Source of the DNA: a virus
Taxonomy: Duplodnaviria > Caudoviricetes
IMG/VR virus record: IMGVR_UViG_3300006191_000021
Coordinates: 1-28,925 of that record
DNA: 28,925 bases
Strand: one strand, 5' to 3'
Of the stretch, positions 7,593-15,164 are shown in pieces; the stretch's first letter is position 1, and each line of letters begins with the position of its first letter. The notes under the pieces are model-generated. The model was not told the origin of the DNA, did no database searches, and was given only the letters and a program-made list of their open reading frames with translations. The translations under genes and the position numbers were made by a program.

Positions 7593-8618
7593 TTGAAAAA
7601 ATATCTACTCGGTACACTTCTAGCTCCTTTCCTATTGGCCGCTTGCGCTGCAACTGCCAAGCAGCCTGTCAACGTTTGGGTTGGATTTAGTCCAGGTGGT
7701 GGATACGACGCTTCTGCAAGAGTGTTTGCAAAATATTTTAGTCGCCATCTACCCGGCAATCCTGATGTCGTGGTTATAAATAAACCGGGCGCTGGCACTG
7801 CAAAACTTGTCGGTTACATGTATCGCGCTGTTCCTGCAACGCGGATGGATGTAGCGTTTTTTCATCCGGCGGTCATGCAGATGGCTGTATACGGCAAGCG
7901 GAAAATTCGGTTCAAACCAACTGAATTTAAATACATCGGCAATATGTACACGGACGTAAATTCTTGCGGTGTTTGGAAAGGCGCAGGTCAGAAGATAAAG
8001 ACATTTGATGATCTAAAGGCTGCAAAAAATCCAATTATCTTTGGATCAGCCAGCCCCAATAGCACGATGAGTACCTACCCGCTGTTCTTAAAGAACGTGT
8101 TGGGCGCAAACATTAAAGTAATTCAGGGATACCGTGGTACACGCAAGGCGATGAGAGCAATGCAAGCTGGTGAAATTCACGGCGCTTGTGGTTTCTTTGA
8201 GTCCTCGATCCGCAGCAGCTACGCACAGCACTGGAAATCCGGGAACCTGAGTTCGGTCGTTCAGCTAGACATCAACCGCAAAGCCAAGATGTTCGATCAA
8301 GCAACGGCGTTGTCAGGTCTGCTGAAGACCGAAGAGCAGCGTCAGATGGCGCAGTTTGTTTTCGGCATTGACGTACTGTCGCGCCCAATATTGGCGTCAC
8401 CCCGTGCCCGACCTGCTGACGTTAGCATCCTCCGCAAAGCGTTCATGGATACAATGCGCGATCCTGAGCTGAAAGCAGAAGTGAAACGACGTTTCGGCGT
8501 GGTAACTAACCCAATGCCGGGTGAAAAAGTGCACAAGTTCTTTGTCGATATGCAAGCCACTCCCCGACCAGTTGTCGAAAAGGTGTGGAAACTAACACGT
8601 CCGGTTCAGAACAAATAA
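7593..8618 (+). CDS. Tripartite tricarboxylate transporter substrate-binding protein (TctC/Bug family), predicted lipoprotein
   Basis: 'GFSPGGGYDASAR', 'NKPGAG' and 'GYRGT..AMQAGEIHG' are Bug/TctC motifs. The signal peptide has a lipobox LAAC (Cys18). TTG start. Confidence 0.88.
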   Translation: MKKYLLGTLLAPFLLAACAATAKQPVNVWVGFSPGGGYDASARVFAKYFSRHLPGNPDVVVINKPGAGTAKLVGYMYRAVPATRMDVAFFHPAVMQMAVYGKRKIRFKPTEFKYIGNMYTDVNSCGVWKGAGQKIKTFDDLKAAKNPIIFGSASPNSTMSTYPLFLKNVLGANIKVIQGYRGTRKAMRAMQAGEIHGACGFFESSIRSSYAQHWKSGNLSSVVQLDINRKAKMFDQATALSGLLKTEEQRQMAQFVFGIDVLSRPILASPRARPADVSILRKAFMDTMRDPELKAEVKRRFGVVTNPMPGEKVHKFFVDMQATPRPVVEKVWKLTRPVQNK

Positions 8619-8635
8619 CCGTGATTAGAATTTCT

Positions 8636-8664
8636 TTGACAATTAAGTATAAAAGTGCTAAAAT
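8636..8664 (+). promoter_or_regulatory. Sigma70-type promoter
   Basis: TTGACA (8636-8641), a 17-nt spacer ending in extended -10 TGn, then TAAAAT (8659-8664). It lies in the AT-rich intergenic gap, with SD GGAG at 8674-8677. Confidence 0.8.
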
Positions 8665-8683
8665 AAGTTTAACGGAGTAAGAC

Positions 8684-9172
8684 ATGACTGTAGAATCTGC
8701 TAGTTATATTAGCCAACTTAACTCTTCAAACCCCTCTGCTAGTGATCCCTTATCTGAGGGTGACGACCATCTTCGCTTGGTCAAGTCTGTTCTTCAAACG
8801 CAATTTCCTGGCCTTGCAACTACTGCTGTTACCCAGACTTCCGCACAGATGAACAAACTAGGTTTCCCTGTAGGTTCTGTCATCATGTATGCATCTAACA
8901 GCATACCTAGCACACAGACTATCAGTGGTATTAACGATTGGCTCCTCTGTAACGGTTCTGCATTTTCTACTTCTACCTACTCTGCTCTGTATAATATTAT
9001 AGGCAACGTCTTTGGTACAAGTGGTTCAGATTTCTTAGTACCTGATTTCAGAACATTTTCTCCTGTAGGTGTAGGAACCAGCTTTGTCTTAGGCACAGCC
9101 GTTACTGCCAGTGCTGAAGCAGGAACAGATAAAATTAAACTACAGCCTATAAATTTTATCATAAAGACATGA
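8684..9172 (+). CDS. Short tail fibre / tail collar domain protein
   Basis: N-terminal anchor-like 'SEGDDHLRLVKSVLQ', collar signature 'PVGSVIMYA..WLLCNG..TYSALYNIIG..FG..F.VPDFR', and a C-terminal 'NFIIKT'. Confidence 0.8.
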   Translation: MTVESASYISQLNSSNPSASDPLSEGDDHLRLVKSVLQTQFPGLATTAVTQTSAQMNKLGFPVGSVIMYASNSIPSTQTISGINDWLLCNGSAFSTSTYSALYNIIGNVFGTSGSDFLVPDFRTFSPVGVGTSFVLGTAVTASAEAGTDKIKLQPINFIIKT

Positions 9173-9417
9173 TTACATACAGAGGTGAAAAGTTCTCAGG
9201 GTATAACAAACCTAAGAGAACTTCAGGTAAGAGTAAAAAGTTTGCAGTATTGGCAAAACAAGGAGACTCCATAAAGCTAGTGCGCTTTGGTGATCCTAAC
9301 ATGACTATAAAAAAAGAGCAGCCTAAGCGTAGAAAGAGTTTTAGGGCTAGACATAAATGCGATACTAGTCCTCCCGGTAAACTTAGCGCACGATATTGGT
9401 CGTGCAAAAAATGGTAA
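9169..9417 (+). CDS. Small basic hypothetical phage protein
   Basis: 82 aa, very Lys/Arg-rich ('KLVRFGD..RRKSFRARHKC..KLSARYWSC'), with an ATGA overlap with the upstream stop. Confidence 0.75.
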   Translation: MITYRGEKFSGYNKPKRTSGKSKKFAVLAKQGDSIKLVRFGDPNMTIKKEQPKRRKSFRARHKCDTSPPGKLSARYWSCKKW

Positions 9418-9430
9418 CAAAGGAAACATT

Positions 9431-9598
9431 ATGAAAGAATATGCTAGCCCTAAAATGGGAAAAGTTGGTAACCGTCCTGTCCCCTCTAAAGGTGGTAACA
9501 CGGAGCCTTCCAAAGGGAGTGGTAATCGCATGGGTGGGAACATCTTCGGTAATTCTAAATATGCCGGAACCGATGGGACTATTCAGAAACACAAATGA
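9431..9598 (+). CDS. Small Gly/Lys-rich hypothetical protein (55 aa), not in the ORF track
   Basis: SD AAGGA at about 9420-9424 and ATG at 9431. It translates as MKEYASPKMGKVGNRPVPSKGGNTEPSKGSGNRMGGNIFGNSKYAGTDGTIQKHK; the stop overlaps the next ATG (ATGA 9595-9598). Confidence 0.7.
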   Translation: MKEYASPKMGKVGNRPVPSKGGNTEPSKGSGNRMGGNIFGNSKYAGTDGTIQKHK

Positions 9599-9819
9599 AC
9601 TCTAAAGAACAAGCAAACCAAGCTGGTTTAATTTTAAATAACGAAGCTTTTAAACTTACCTTGGAAAGGCTTAATAACGATCTAGTAATTCAATGGAGCA
9701 TGTCTCAATCTTTAGAAGAACGAGAAACATGCTGGATGAAATTGCAAGCTTTAGGCTCTATTGTAGATGATCTAAAAGCTGTTATAGACGATCACAAAAT
9801 TGAGAACACAGAAAGGTAA
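9595..9819 (+). CDS. Hypothetical protein upstream of the scaffold
   Basis: 74-aa helical ORF coupled to the upstream stop and ending 6 nt before the scaffold start. Confidence 0.7.
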   Translation: MNSKEQANQAGLILNNEAFKLTLERLNNDLVIQWSMSQSLEERETCWMKLQALGSIVDDLKAVIDDHKIENTER

Positions 9820-9825
9820 CTACAA

Positions 9826-10824
9826 ATGAGTGAGGCACAGACCAATCCCGAAGGGGAAGTCACCGAGCCAGAGCTTAATATGTTCGATGTCATGTTTGGA
9901 AGTGATGAAGACACCAATCCAGAGCAAACTATCGAAGAACCCTCAGAGTCTGAAGAGTATGAAACAGAAGCCGCTGAAGAGGAATATGAAGCGACGGAAG
10001 ATGAAACAGAATATGAGGAAAGTGACTACGAGGTAGACGAAGAAGTAGTTGAGACAGAAACCTCCCCCAGCTACACTGTTAAAGTTGATGGTGAAGAAGT
10101 AGAGGTTAATCTTGAAGAGCTACGGAACGGTTACCAGCGGCAAGCGGACTATACCCGTAAATCGCAATCTCTAGCGGAGCAGAGAAAAGCTTATGAAGCT
10201 AATCTCCAAGCTGTTACACAAGAGCGTGAACAGTATTCTCAGCTTCTAGGTAACATGGCCCAGAACCAGAATGCAGAGCTATCTCGCTATGCAGATATAA
10301 ACTGGGCTGATCTTAAAGACACTGATCCTATGGAATACATGGAGAAGCGTCTTGAGTACCAAGAAGCTAAGGAGAAGATTTCTGAATTGCAGAACGAGCG
10401 TGTGCGCGTTCAGCAGCAGAATGAAACAGATATGGGACAGATGCTACAGGAGAAACTTCAGAAAGAAGCTGAACTTCTCTCTAAAGCCCTGCCCGAATAT
10501 ACTGAACCAGGTTCTAACTTCAAGGACGAAGTACGTAACTACGCCCTTAACTTAGGATTTTCTCCACAGGATATTGATGGAATAGCTGACCACCGTGTAA
10601 TCTTAGTACTGCATAAAGCTATGATGCAGGATAAGGTTTCCAAAACCCCAGCTAAGAAATCTAAGTCTCTCCTAAAGTCGTCAAAGCCGGAACTCCCCAG
10701 ACAAAAGCTCAACGCTCTCGTCGGACAGTTCAGGCTAAGCGAGAGAGATTGTCGAAAACAGGTAATCAACGTGATGCTGCAAATGTTTTTCTGGACTTTA
10801 TCTCTTAACCTTAGAAGGAACTAA
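9826..10824 (+). CDS. Capsid scaffolding protein; apparent frameshift near 10665-10676, with the natural C-terminus probably in the -1 frame ending at 10808
   Basis: Acidic N-terminus, 'YTVKVDGEEVEVNLEELRNGYQRQADYTRKSQ' scaffold motif, coiled coil, and position just before the major capsid gene. Confidence 0.8.
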   Translation: MSEAQTNPEGEVTEPELNMFDVMFGSDEDTNPEQTIEEPSESEEYETEAAEEEYEATEDETEYEESDYEVDEEVVETETSPSYTVKVDGEEVEVNLEELRNGYQRQADYTRKSQSLAEQRKAYEANLQAVTQEREQYSQLLGNMAQNQNAELSRYADINWADLKDTDPMEYMEKRLEYQEAKEKISELQNERVRVQQQNETDMGQMLQEKLQKEAELLSKALPEYTEPGSNFKDEVRNYALNLGFSPQDIDGIADHRVILVLHKAMMQDKVSKTPAKKSKSLLKSSKPELPRQKLNALVGQFRLSERDCRKQVINVMLQMFFWTLSLNLRRN

Positions 10825-10827
10825 ATT

Positions 10828-11778
10828 ATGGCACAGCCAGCCGGTGTGTTTGTTACATTCTCAGCGAAGGGTCTTCGTGAAGACCTTGAGAATGTTATCT
10901 ACGATATCTCCCCGACCGAAACGCCCTTTATGTCTATGGGCGGACGCGAAGATGCGGTTGCAGTTAACCACGAATGGCAGACGGATGCTCTTGCAGCCGC
11001 TGGCAATAACCACCATGAAGAGGGTGTGACGCTTGCTGCTGCTGAGCCGACCCCTACGACTCGCCTTGGTAACATCTGTCAGATTAGCCTGAAGACGACG
11101 CTTGTCTCTGGTACTCTGGATGCTGTATCCAAAGCTGGTCGTAAAGAAGAGCTTGCGTACCAGATGTCCAAACGCGCTAAAGAACTTAAGCGTGATATGG
11201 AACGTGCATATGTTGGTGTTAATCAGGCTAAGACGGCAATGGCTGCGGACACGACTGTTCGTAAGCTTGGTTCGCTTACTTCTTGGGTATCGACCAACGT
11301 CAGTGCTGGTACTGGTGGTTCAGGTGCTGGTAACGGCGCGGCTCGTACCGATGGTACGGCTCGTACCTTTACTGAAACGCTGCTGAAAGCGTCTATCCTT
11401 ACTGCGTTTGACAATGGTGCTGACATCAAGTATTTGATGATGGCTCCTTCGCAGAAGCAGACGTTCTCTAGCTTCGTTGGTGTCGGTGCGGCGGGTGGTG
11501 CGTCTAACCGCATTGAAGCCAATGATCAGCGCATCATTGGTGGCATGGACGTGTACGTTAGTGACTTTGGTGAAATGGCCGTTGTCCCTAACCGCTTCCA
11601 GCGTAGCCGTGATGTCTGGATGCTTGATCCTGAGTACTATGCAATTGCATATCTTCGTCCGTTCCTACAGCGGGAAGTTGCTAGCACGTCTGATGGCGAG
11701 CAGCGTGCAATCATTACTGAGCATACTCTTGTTGTCAAAAACGAGAAAGCTCTTGGCGCAGTCTACGATCTGTCGTAA
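10828..11778 (+). CDS. Major capsid protein
   Basis: 'REDLENVIYDISPTETPF', 'HEWQTD', 'ELKRDME', 'YVSDFG..VVPNRF' and 'EHTLVVKNEKA'. It has SD AAGGA, follows the scaffold and is followed by a hairpin. Confidence 0.9.
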   Translation: MAQPAGVFVTFSAKGLREDLENVIYDISPTETPFMSMGGREDAVAVNHEWQTDALAAAGNNHHEEGVTLAAAEPTPTTRLGNICQISLKTTLVSGTLDAVSKAGRKEELAYQMSKRAKELKRDMERAYVGVNQAKTAMAADTTVRKLGSLTSWVSTNVSAGTGGSGAGNGAARTDGTARTFTETLLKASILTAFDNGADIKYLMMAPSQKQTFSSFVGVGAAGGASNRIEANDQRIIGGMDVYVSDFGEMAVVPNRFQRSRDVWMLDPEYYAIAYLRPFLQREVASTSDGEQRAIITEHTLVVKNEKALGAVYDLS

Positions 11779-11791
11779 GGCTAGGACTAAA

Positions 11792-11821
11792 GGGGGAGAG
11801 CATTTTGTTCTCCCCCGTTCT
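11792..11821 (+). terminator. GC-rich hairpin after the capsid gene (putative leaky terminator or stabiliser)
   Basis: GGGGGAGAGCA-TTT-TGTTCTCCCCC forms an 11-bp stem with one G-U pair (11792-11816). Only a poor U-tract follows (GTTCT). Confidence 0.65.
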
Positions 11822-11837
11822 AACTAAGAGGCATTCC

Positions 11838-12143
11838 ATGAACGATCCAGTTAAGACTAAATTCCACTACGATCATAGCACAGACAACGTTGTCCTAGAA
11901 AATATACAGGACGTAAAACCGTTGCTAGAGCTTAACAAAAAAGAACTTAACAACGACTCTGCATATGGTCCGCAGCTGAACAACGGTATGCGTAAAGTAG
12001 CCAGCATCCCTCTAGTCATTATTGAAAAATGGAAACGTGAATTAGGCGTTGATATTTACAATAAAAATGATTGGCCTAAAATTAAACAACTTCTTAATGA
12101 CTCTGATAATCGTTTTCTACGTACACATGAAAGCCAACTGTAA
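11838..12143 (+). CDS. Hypothetical protein downstream of the capsid gene
   Basis: ATG at 11838 with SD AAGAGG, preferred over the 11805 start, which lies in the hairpin. The stop overlaps the next ATG. Confidence 0.7.
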   Translation: MNDPVKTKFHYDHSTDNVVLENIQDVKPLLELNKKELNNDSAYGPQLNNGMRKVASIPLVIIEKWKRELGVDIYNKNDWPKIKQLLNDSDNRFLRTHESQL

Positions 12144-12793
12144 TGGCATTATCAACGTACTCAGAGCTACTGACCACTATAGCAAGCTATCTTAACAGAG
12201 ATGATCTTACAGATATTATTCCTACGTTTATTACCTTAACGGAAAATCGTTTAAACAGAGAGCTTAAATTACGCGCTAATATGGTACGGGCACAGACCGT
12301 TACTACAGCAGGTCAAGCTTTCTACGATCTACCAGATGATTTAATTGAGCTTCGTAATATTACCTACGACAGTAGCTCACAGAGTTTTGCCCTGCGCTAC
12401 CTTTCTCCTGAGTCTGTTAGCAGAGAGTACGGTACAATAGTAAACGGACAACCTAGGGCATATACAAATTTAGGTAACAATCTTAAACTTAGCCCGACAC
12501 CCGATGCCGAGTACAGTATTAACATAAACTATTTTTCTACTCTTCGCACTCTTTCCGACAATGTTCTTACCAACGATGTACTCGCCCAGTATCCTAGTTT
12601 GTATTTATTTGGTTCTTGTTTTGAAGGGGCGTTGTATCTTAACGATACAGAACAGTCTACTAGATTTGGCTCAATCTTTGAAAAAACTTTAAGCGATGTT
12701 GAAAGAGCCGAAGAATCTGCTCGTTATAGCGGAACTGTTATGACTACTAGTATTCAAGGTGATCCTGGTTCTCTCATACGTAGAGGTGCATAA
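12143..12793 (+). CDS. Putative head-tail adaptor
   Basis: 'MALSTYSELLTTIASYLNRDDL..FITLTE.RLNR.L' and 'L.PTPD.EY' motifs, located between the capsid and tail genes. Confidence 0.65.
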   Translation: MALSTYSELLTTIASYLNRDDLTDIIPTFITLTENRLNRELKLRANMVRAQTVTTAGQAFYDLPDDLIELRNITYDSSSQSFALRYLSPESVSREYGTIVNGQPRAYTNLGNNLKLSPTPDAEYSININYFSTLRTLSDNVLTNDVLAQYPSLYLFGSCFEGALYLNDTEQSTRFGSIFEKTLSDVERAEESARYSGTVMTTSIQGDPGSLIRRGA

Positions 12794-12939
12794 TGGCTAC
12801 CAATTGGGTTATAGATAATTTTTGCATAGTTCAAGAAAATGGTGGAAACATATATACTGAGGACGGGTTTGGTCTGCTAGCTCTTCAAGAACATGAGTCT
12901 ACTATATGGGTAGAAAACACGGAAACTGGGAATGGCTAA
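12793..12939 (+). CDS. Small acidic hypothetical protein (48 aa), not in the ORF track
   Basis: TAATG overlap upstream. It translates as MATNWVIDNFCIVQENGGNIYTEDGFGLLALQEHESTIWVENTETGNG, overlaps the next start and fills the gap exactly. Confidence 0.65.
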   Translation: MATNWVIDNFCIVQENGGNIYTEDGFGLLALQEHESTIWVENTETGNG

Positions 12940-14503
12940 ACAAGTTTTTGATGTAACTGCCTCTGCACAGTCTCGTTTTTCTGTTAATAAAGACCTGTCT
13001 CCTTATGACATGCCCCCTACACTTTTTAACGATGGTGTTAACGTCCGTTTCCTAGACGGGATGGCTGGTAAAATTCTGGGACACTCTCAAGTCTTGGGAA
13101 CACCTACTGCTGCTCCTTATTGGGCCATAAGCTGGCTACAGGGTGCAGCAAACTTGTGGATATATGGAGGGTTAACAGGCCTTTTTAAAATCAGTGGAAC
13201 TACCCACAGCACCGTTACTAGGTCATCAAGCGCTTACACCACGTTGTCAGGCACTACCAACAACTGGCAGGGTGGTGTCCTAGGTGGCGTTCTTGTCTGT
13301 ACTAACGGCCTAGACGTTCCCCAGAGCTTTGTACAAACTGGAACAAAGTTTACTGACCTTTCTGATTGGCCTTCCACACTGCGCTGCAAGACCATTGTAC
13401 CATTTAGAAATCATATGGTAGCACTGAACCTTACAGATAGTGGTACAGCTAAGCCCTTTACCATCCGGTGGAGCGATGGTATTCCTGCCGGTGCTAGCAC
13501 TAACGGTACTAACACTTGGAACACTGCTAGCACAGCCAGTGAATCAGCAGAGACTTCCCTGACAGGTACCAAGGGTCACGTTTTAAATGCTGTACAACTG
13601 GGTAACGAACTTATCGTATACAAAGAAGACAGTATTTATGGTTTGAATTATGTAGGTGGTTCTTTTACCTTTAACATAAGAGAAAAGTTTAAAGACACTG
13701 GGCTATTCAGTAGGGACGCTGTAGTAGACTTGGGAGACGGGCGTCACGTTATGGTAGCTACCAATGATGTACTAATCCATAACGGTAACACGATAAAAAG
13801 TGTTATAGACGACAATATGAAAACATTTTTGTTCAGTGAAATTGATTCTACTTATTTTTATAAAACGTTCTTAGCGCATAATAAAATTAAAAATGAAGTT
13901 TGGATATGTTATCCTAGAACTGGGGCGTCTAATGGTTTTGCTAACACAGCTTTGATCTGGAACTATAGAGACAACACTTGGACTACCCGTGATCTTCCTA
14001 ATTTAAACTTTGCGGCTAAAGGGCTAGTAGACCCCGGCCTTACGAACACTTGGGGAGCTAGTACAGGTATATGGGAAGCTACTACTCTTGCTTGGGCGCA
14101 ACAGGAATACAACCCTTCTATTGATTCTTTGTTAATGTGCGGTACAGAAATTAACAAATTCTACTTGGCAGACTCTGGTACTACCTTTGACGGTACTAAC
14201 TTCTTGACCACCCTTGAACGCAGGGGGTTACACGCTGGTCGCACAGATGCTGTTAAGGCAATAAGCAGAGTGTACCCCCGCATTGAAGGAACTGGCGTTG
14301 TTAACATCAGCATAGGAGCAGAGCTACATCCTTTTGCTGGTGTAACTTATAGCCCTGCTGTTCCCTTTATTATAGGTACAGACAGTAAGGTTGATTGTAG
14401 AGTACGTGGTAGGTACATGGCTATCAAGATAGAAAGCGAAGCTGTTACACAATTTAGGTTATCTGGTTATACGGTAGAATCAGAAGTAGTGTCTGACCGA
14501 TGA
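12932..14503 (+). CDS. Tail tubular / DNA stabilisation (nozzle-like) protein
   Basis: 523 aa, beta-rich ('IRWSD', 'NEVWICYP', 'LIWNY..NTW', 'RVRGRY'), in the position of P22 gp10 / T7 gp12 after the adaptor. Confidence 0.65.
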   Translation: MAKQVFDVTASAQSRFSVNKDLSPYDMPPTLFNDGVNVRFLDGMAGKILGHSQVLGTPTAAPYWAISWLQGAANLWIYGGLTGLFKISGTTHSTVTRSSSAYTTLSGTTNNWQGGVLGGVLVCTNGLDVPQSFVQTGTKFTDLSDWPSTLRCKTIVPFRNHMVALNLTDSGTAKPFTIRWSDGIPAGASTNGTNTWNTASTASESAETSLTGTKGHVLNAVQLGNELIVYKEDSIYGLNYVGGSFTFNIREKFKDTGLFSRDAVVDLGDGRHVMVATNDVLIHNGNTIKSVIDDNMKTFLFSEIDSTYFYKTFLAHNKIKNEVWICYPRTGASNGFANTALIWNYRDNTWTTRDLPNLNFAAKGLVDPGLTNTWGASTGIWEATTLAWAQQEYNPSIDSLLMCGTEINKFYLADSGTTFDGTNFLTTLERRGLHAGRTDAVKAISRVYPRIEGTGVVNISIGAELHPFAGVTYSPAVPFIIGTDSKVDCRVRGRYMAIKIESEAVTQFRLSGYTVESEVVSDR

Positions 14504-14760
14504 CAAGAGAGTTTCTAAGATTTGATCCTACACTTTGTCCTCAAACGATAGAAGACATACCTAGGTTTATAGACAACATGTTGCTAGAAATTAGACCTGT
14601 CTTGGACTTGGTACGTGACGGACACCTAGATGTAACCACAGTAGAGCCGACAAAGCCGCAACAAGGAAACATAAGATATGCAGATGGAACTAGCTGGAAT
14701 CCAGGCTCAGGAGAAGGAATATACTTTTACAACTCCAGTGGCGCTTGGGTTAAGCTATAA
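14500..14760 (+). CDS. Small putative tail protein
   Basis: ATGA overlap, 'G.IRYADG..WNPGSGEGIY.Y..GAW.KL' motif, within the tail module. Confidence 0.6.
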   Translation: MTREFLRFDPTLCPQTIEDIPRFIDNMLLEIRPVLDLVRDGHLDVTTVEPTKPQQGNIRYADGTSWNPGSGEGIYFYNSSGAWVKL

Positions 14761-15163
14761 CAGGGTAAACAGAAAACACCCCGAAGTCCATAACAAAATT
14801 GGTAAGTGTATAAAGTTCGTAGCTGATTCTATTAAGAGAAGTAATAATCAGCCGTACATGAAACCAGAGTTTCTGTTTAACAAGTTCCTTGAAGGCTATA
14901 GTGATATGTGGGTAGCTGTAGAAGGTCAAGAAATAGTAGGATGTCTGTTGATAGGTGTAGCTAATTATCCAGAACAAACGGGGATAAACTCAGAAGCTAC
15001 TGCCGGAAGGTTCCATTTTAAAACAATGATGCCAGCCTTAGAAGACTACTACAGGAAACGAGGCGCTAAGTTTGTGGAAATATCCGGCAGAAAAGGCTGG
15101 GAACGGAGATTTGGTCCCATGGGATACACAGTTAAAAACGTAACAATCATAAAGGAACTTTAA
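14738..15163 (+). CDS. GNAT-like putative acetyltransferase / virion assembly protein (start uncertain: GTG 14738 or ATG 14678)
   Basis: 'MWVAVEGQEIVGC' and 'GAKFVEISGRKGWER..GY' form a GNAT-like pattern. It sits just before the ejection genes, the position of P22 gp14 / T7 gp13. Confidence 0.55.
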   Translation: MALGLSYNRVNRKHPEVHNKIGKCIKFVADSIKRSNNQPYMKPEFLFNKFLEGYSDMWVAVEGQEIVGCLLIGVANYPEQTGINSEATAGRFHFKTMMPALEDYYRKRGAKFVEISGRKGWERRFGPMGYTVKNVTIIKEL

Positions 15164-15164
15164 A

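Noticed and set aside
5996-8618. Host chromosomal DNA or a prophage boundary
   Set aside because: The block is flanked on both sides by virion genes on the same strand with coupled starts and stops, and no att site or integrase was seen. A chimera cannot be fully excluded without reads.
10822-10830. Scaffold-capsid stop-codon readthrough fusion
   Set aside because: The in-frame relation exists only in the probably frameshifted frame, TAA is a poor readthrough codon, and the capsid gene has its own SD.
11805-11837. TTG start at 11805
   Set aside because: It falls within the hairpin; the ATG at 11838 has an SD.
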